This document shows, in pieces, positions 61,978 to 64,000 of a stretch of 64,000 nucleotides of DNA. The position numbers were made by a program, and so were the translations under genes. The notes beneath the pieces were generated by a model that saw nothing but the letters and a program-made list of their open reading frames with translations, did no database searches and was not told the DNA's origin. The DNA is from Candidatus Anderseniibacteriota bacterium (GTDB lineage Bacteria > Patescibacteriota > Andersenbacteria > UBA10190), in NCBI GenBank assembly GCA_040900375.1, contig JBBDZC010000008.1:2182-66181 (forward strand), in the 5' to 3' direction. The stretch's first letter is position 1; every line of letters starts with the position of its first letter.

Positions 61978-63399
61978 TTAGGAAGAGGCGGGAGTAAGTA
62001 GTAAGGTTAACTGTTGCCGCGTCAGACTCCGCAAAATAATATTACAGGCAACATAGAATACGCTGGCCATCATAAGTTGCAGCCATACGGGGACCGTCGG
62101 TGGAAAAATCAGGAGCAGACAGATTGTCGCCAGTGCCGCGCCGGCAATACGCACAAGTAGGCGCAGATTATAGTGATAGCCGATGCTTCGATAAACCCAG
62201 GCCCCAGCCGTAACCGTCGCAATAATTTCTGTCGCCACAGTGGTCCAGGCTGCGGCCAAGGCTCCCCACAGGGGAATCGTGGCGAGATTAGCGAGAACGT
62301 TGCCTACGACGAGCATGGCGTACAGTATCAGGAGCATCTTTTGTTTGTCCAGGGCCACCAAGGTAAACCCAAAAATATTACCAAAGAACATACTGGCCAG
62401 CGCGAGGCTGACCACGCGGAGGAGTGGGCCAGCAGCTTCGTAGCCTGGACCAGCAATGAGTAAGACGAGTTGTTCAGTTGTCATTTGTAAGAAAATTAAT
62501 ACTAACACCACCGCGATTGTGATCACGTGCAGACTTTCCGAGAGCAGCCGACGACAGTGCGCAATCTTGCCTGCCTGCCATGCTGCTGTTAGTCGCGGTA
62601 AGAGCAGTCCCCCAAACATAGCGGGGAAGAAGAGGCCGCTTTCAATGAGGCGGTACGCAAAGCCGTAGTGACCAACTTCGGCCGGGGTGCGAAAGAATGA
62701 AAGTATGAGGGTATCGACCCGAAAGTAAATTGCATTCAAGACAAGCATTGCTCCTAAGGGCCAGGATACCCGCAGCAACTGGTGCCAGGTAGGGCGGTTA
62801 AACTTAAAGCGGTAGGGAAAGTAAATAGGCAATAAGCGTTGGTGCAGCAAGAAAGCACTCGCGGCCCCGAAGGTAAACATACTCACCATACCCACGAGTC
62901 CAACGGCAAGCGGCCAGAGCAGGACAATACCCACAATTTGGACGAGGCGACCCACTAGATCGCCAACAGTGACACGCCAGACAACGCTGTATTTTTGGTA
63001 CACCCCCATTAATAATTGACTTAATGATTGGAAGCTAAGGCCGAGAGCAACAATAAAGAAAGCGAGCGCAACCTCGCGCCAGGATGGAATGAGCAGTAAG
63101 ACTGCGCCACCGATAATAAAGACGAGGAGGAGTAAGGCTAAGCGCAGGGATATGATATGCGAAAGAATATGAGTTTCCTGCTGGGGATTTTTAGCAATTT
63201 CCCGCGTTAATGTTAAGTAGAGGCCAAAATCAGCCGCAAGGAGGAGGAGAGCGCCATAAGCTAAAAGCAGGCTATAAAAGCCAAAACCAGCCGCGCCGAG
63301 GTAGCGAGTTAAAAGAGCAGTGGCCACTATTCCCAGCGCCGCGCTGGAGAGGCGGCCAAGGGAGGCGAAGGCTGTGTTTAAGAGAATTGAGTGCGCCAT
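61978..63399 (-). CDS. wzx: Wzx-type oligosaccharide flippase (MOP superfamily polysaccharide biosynthesis protein).
   Basis: 14 TM. LGIVATALLTRYLGAAGFGFYSLLLAYGALLLLAADFGL typical of the Wzx/RfbX N-terminus. Confidence 0.8.
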   Translation of the reverse strand: MAHSILLNTAFASLGRLSSAALGIVATALLTRYLGAAGFGFYSLLLAYGALLLLAADFGLYLTLTREIAKNPQQETHILSHIISLRLALLLLVFIIGGAVLLLIPSWREVALAFFIVALGLSFQSLSQLLMGVYQKYSVVWRVTVGDLVGRLVQIVGIVLLWPLAVGLVGMVSMFTFGAASAFLLHQRLLPIYFPYRFKFNRPTWHQLLRVSWPLGAMLVLNAIYFRVDTLILSFFRTPAEVGHYGFAYRLIESGLFFPAMFGGLLLPRLTAAWQAGKIAHCRRLLSESLHVITIAVVLVLIFLQMTTEQLVLLIAGPGYEAAGPLLRVVSLALASMFFGNIFGFTLVALDKQKMLLILYAMLVVGNVLANLATIPLWGALAAAWTTVATEIIATVTAGAWVYRSIGYHYNLRLLVRIAGAALATICLLLIFPPTVPVWLQLMMASVFYVACNIILRSLTRQQLTLLLTPASS

Positions 63400-63479
63400 G
63401 AATGACCTCTTTTAAAAATTGAGCATAGCACGAAAGGGGTACTCTAGAAGTACCTAAGAATGTGCCGGGAGGTATGAGT

Positions 63480-63839
63480 TTAACTAAAACGGGGACGGAC
63501 GACCACGCGGCGATTTGGCTCCTGCCCGGTGCTCTCGGTGCTCACTTCTGGATGAGTAGCTAAAGCCGTATGGAGCACACGCCGGTCGGCGGCCCCCATG
63601 GGTTCGAGGGTGACAGTACGCCCAGTCTGGCGGGCACGTCGGGCTGCTGCTTCCGCTAATTGAGTCAGTGTTCGTTCCCGCCGAGCGCGGTAGCCATTAA
63701 CATCGACGATAACGTACAGAGGGCTACCTAACTGGCGGCGGAGAATAGAGCGGATGATATGTTGCAGGGCTTCGAGGTGAGTCCCATGAGTACCGATAAG
63801 TAGTTTACCAGTTTCACCCGCTTCAATGCTCAATTGCAA
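63480..63839 (-). CDS. Jag/KhpB-like RNA-binding protein (KH plus R3H domains). May extend upstream of 63839.
   Basis: KH-like GKLLIGTHGTHLEALQHI. R3H LEPMGAADRRVLHTALATHPEVSTESTGQEPNRRVVV. Confidence 0.65.
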   Translation of the reverse strand: MQLSIEAGETGKLLIGTHGTHLEALQHIIRSILRRQLGSPLYVIVDVNGYRARRERTLTQLAEAAARRARQTGRTVTLEPMGAADRRVLHTALATHPEVSTESTGQEPNRRVVVRPRFS

Positions 63840-64000
63840 TTGAGCTTCGGCAGCGTGAGGCCTCGTGGTGACTTTGGCAGGCTCACTACTTAAAGCGGCA
63901 TTTTTCAGAAGTTCATCGTCGGCTTCTTCTGGAGAAGAGGTGGCGAGTGTCGCCGGCGGCAGGGAGAGGCGGCGGCAATGGACACGGATCTCAATAAAAC

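Overview
This 64-kb window looks like a streamlined bacterial genome of about 55% GC. Gene packing is dense and ribosome-binding sites are strong GGAGG-type. On the + strand a core block runs rnhB-rpmF-nusB-rnc-rpsP-KH protein-[744-aa surface protein]-trmD. It is followed by a single rRNA operon with an unusual layout: 16S, tRNA-Ile, then about 4.7 kb holding five protein genes (including the CCA-adding enzyme) and tRNA-Ala, then a roughly 3.5-kb 23S carrying a 318-nt intron-like insertion, a 5S, and a degenerate second 5S-like segment before the terminator. After that come tRNA-Ser, a cluster of small accessory genes (DHFR-family, VOC/glyoxalase-like, YdeI-like, small membrane proteins), infB-rbfA-nrnA-ymdB-hup, tRNA-Pro, tRNA-Gly, an M23/LysM peptidase, pcrA and ksgA. 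The most interesting region, my inference, is a 12-kb co-directional operon at 44.5-56.8 kb. It encodes a minimal type IV secretion-like apparatus: a VirB6/TrbL-like polytopic protein, a PrgI/VirB3-like protein, a VirB4 ATPase split into two ORFs, and a VirB2/TrbC-like pilin. It lacks a coupling protein and a relaxase. It is interleaved with two paralogous TSP3-like calcium-binding repeat proteins, two large secreted proteins and a Gly/Ala-rich membrane-anchored protein. Convergent on it is a glycan locus (two Wzy_C O-antigen-ligase-like proteins, three GT2 glycosyltransferases, one Wzx flippase) that could be a protein/pilin O-glycosylation system. Near the 5' end there is an HK plus ANTAR response-regulator pair, ftsH, a histidine phosphatase, and a tRNA-Arg(CCT) followed by a truncated XRE regulator and a roughly 35% GC two-gene insertion, likely a remnant of an integrated element. 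No CRISPR array, reverse transcriptase, tmRNA, RNase P RNA or SRP RNA was recognised.
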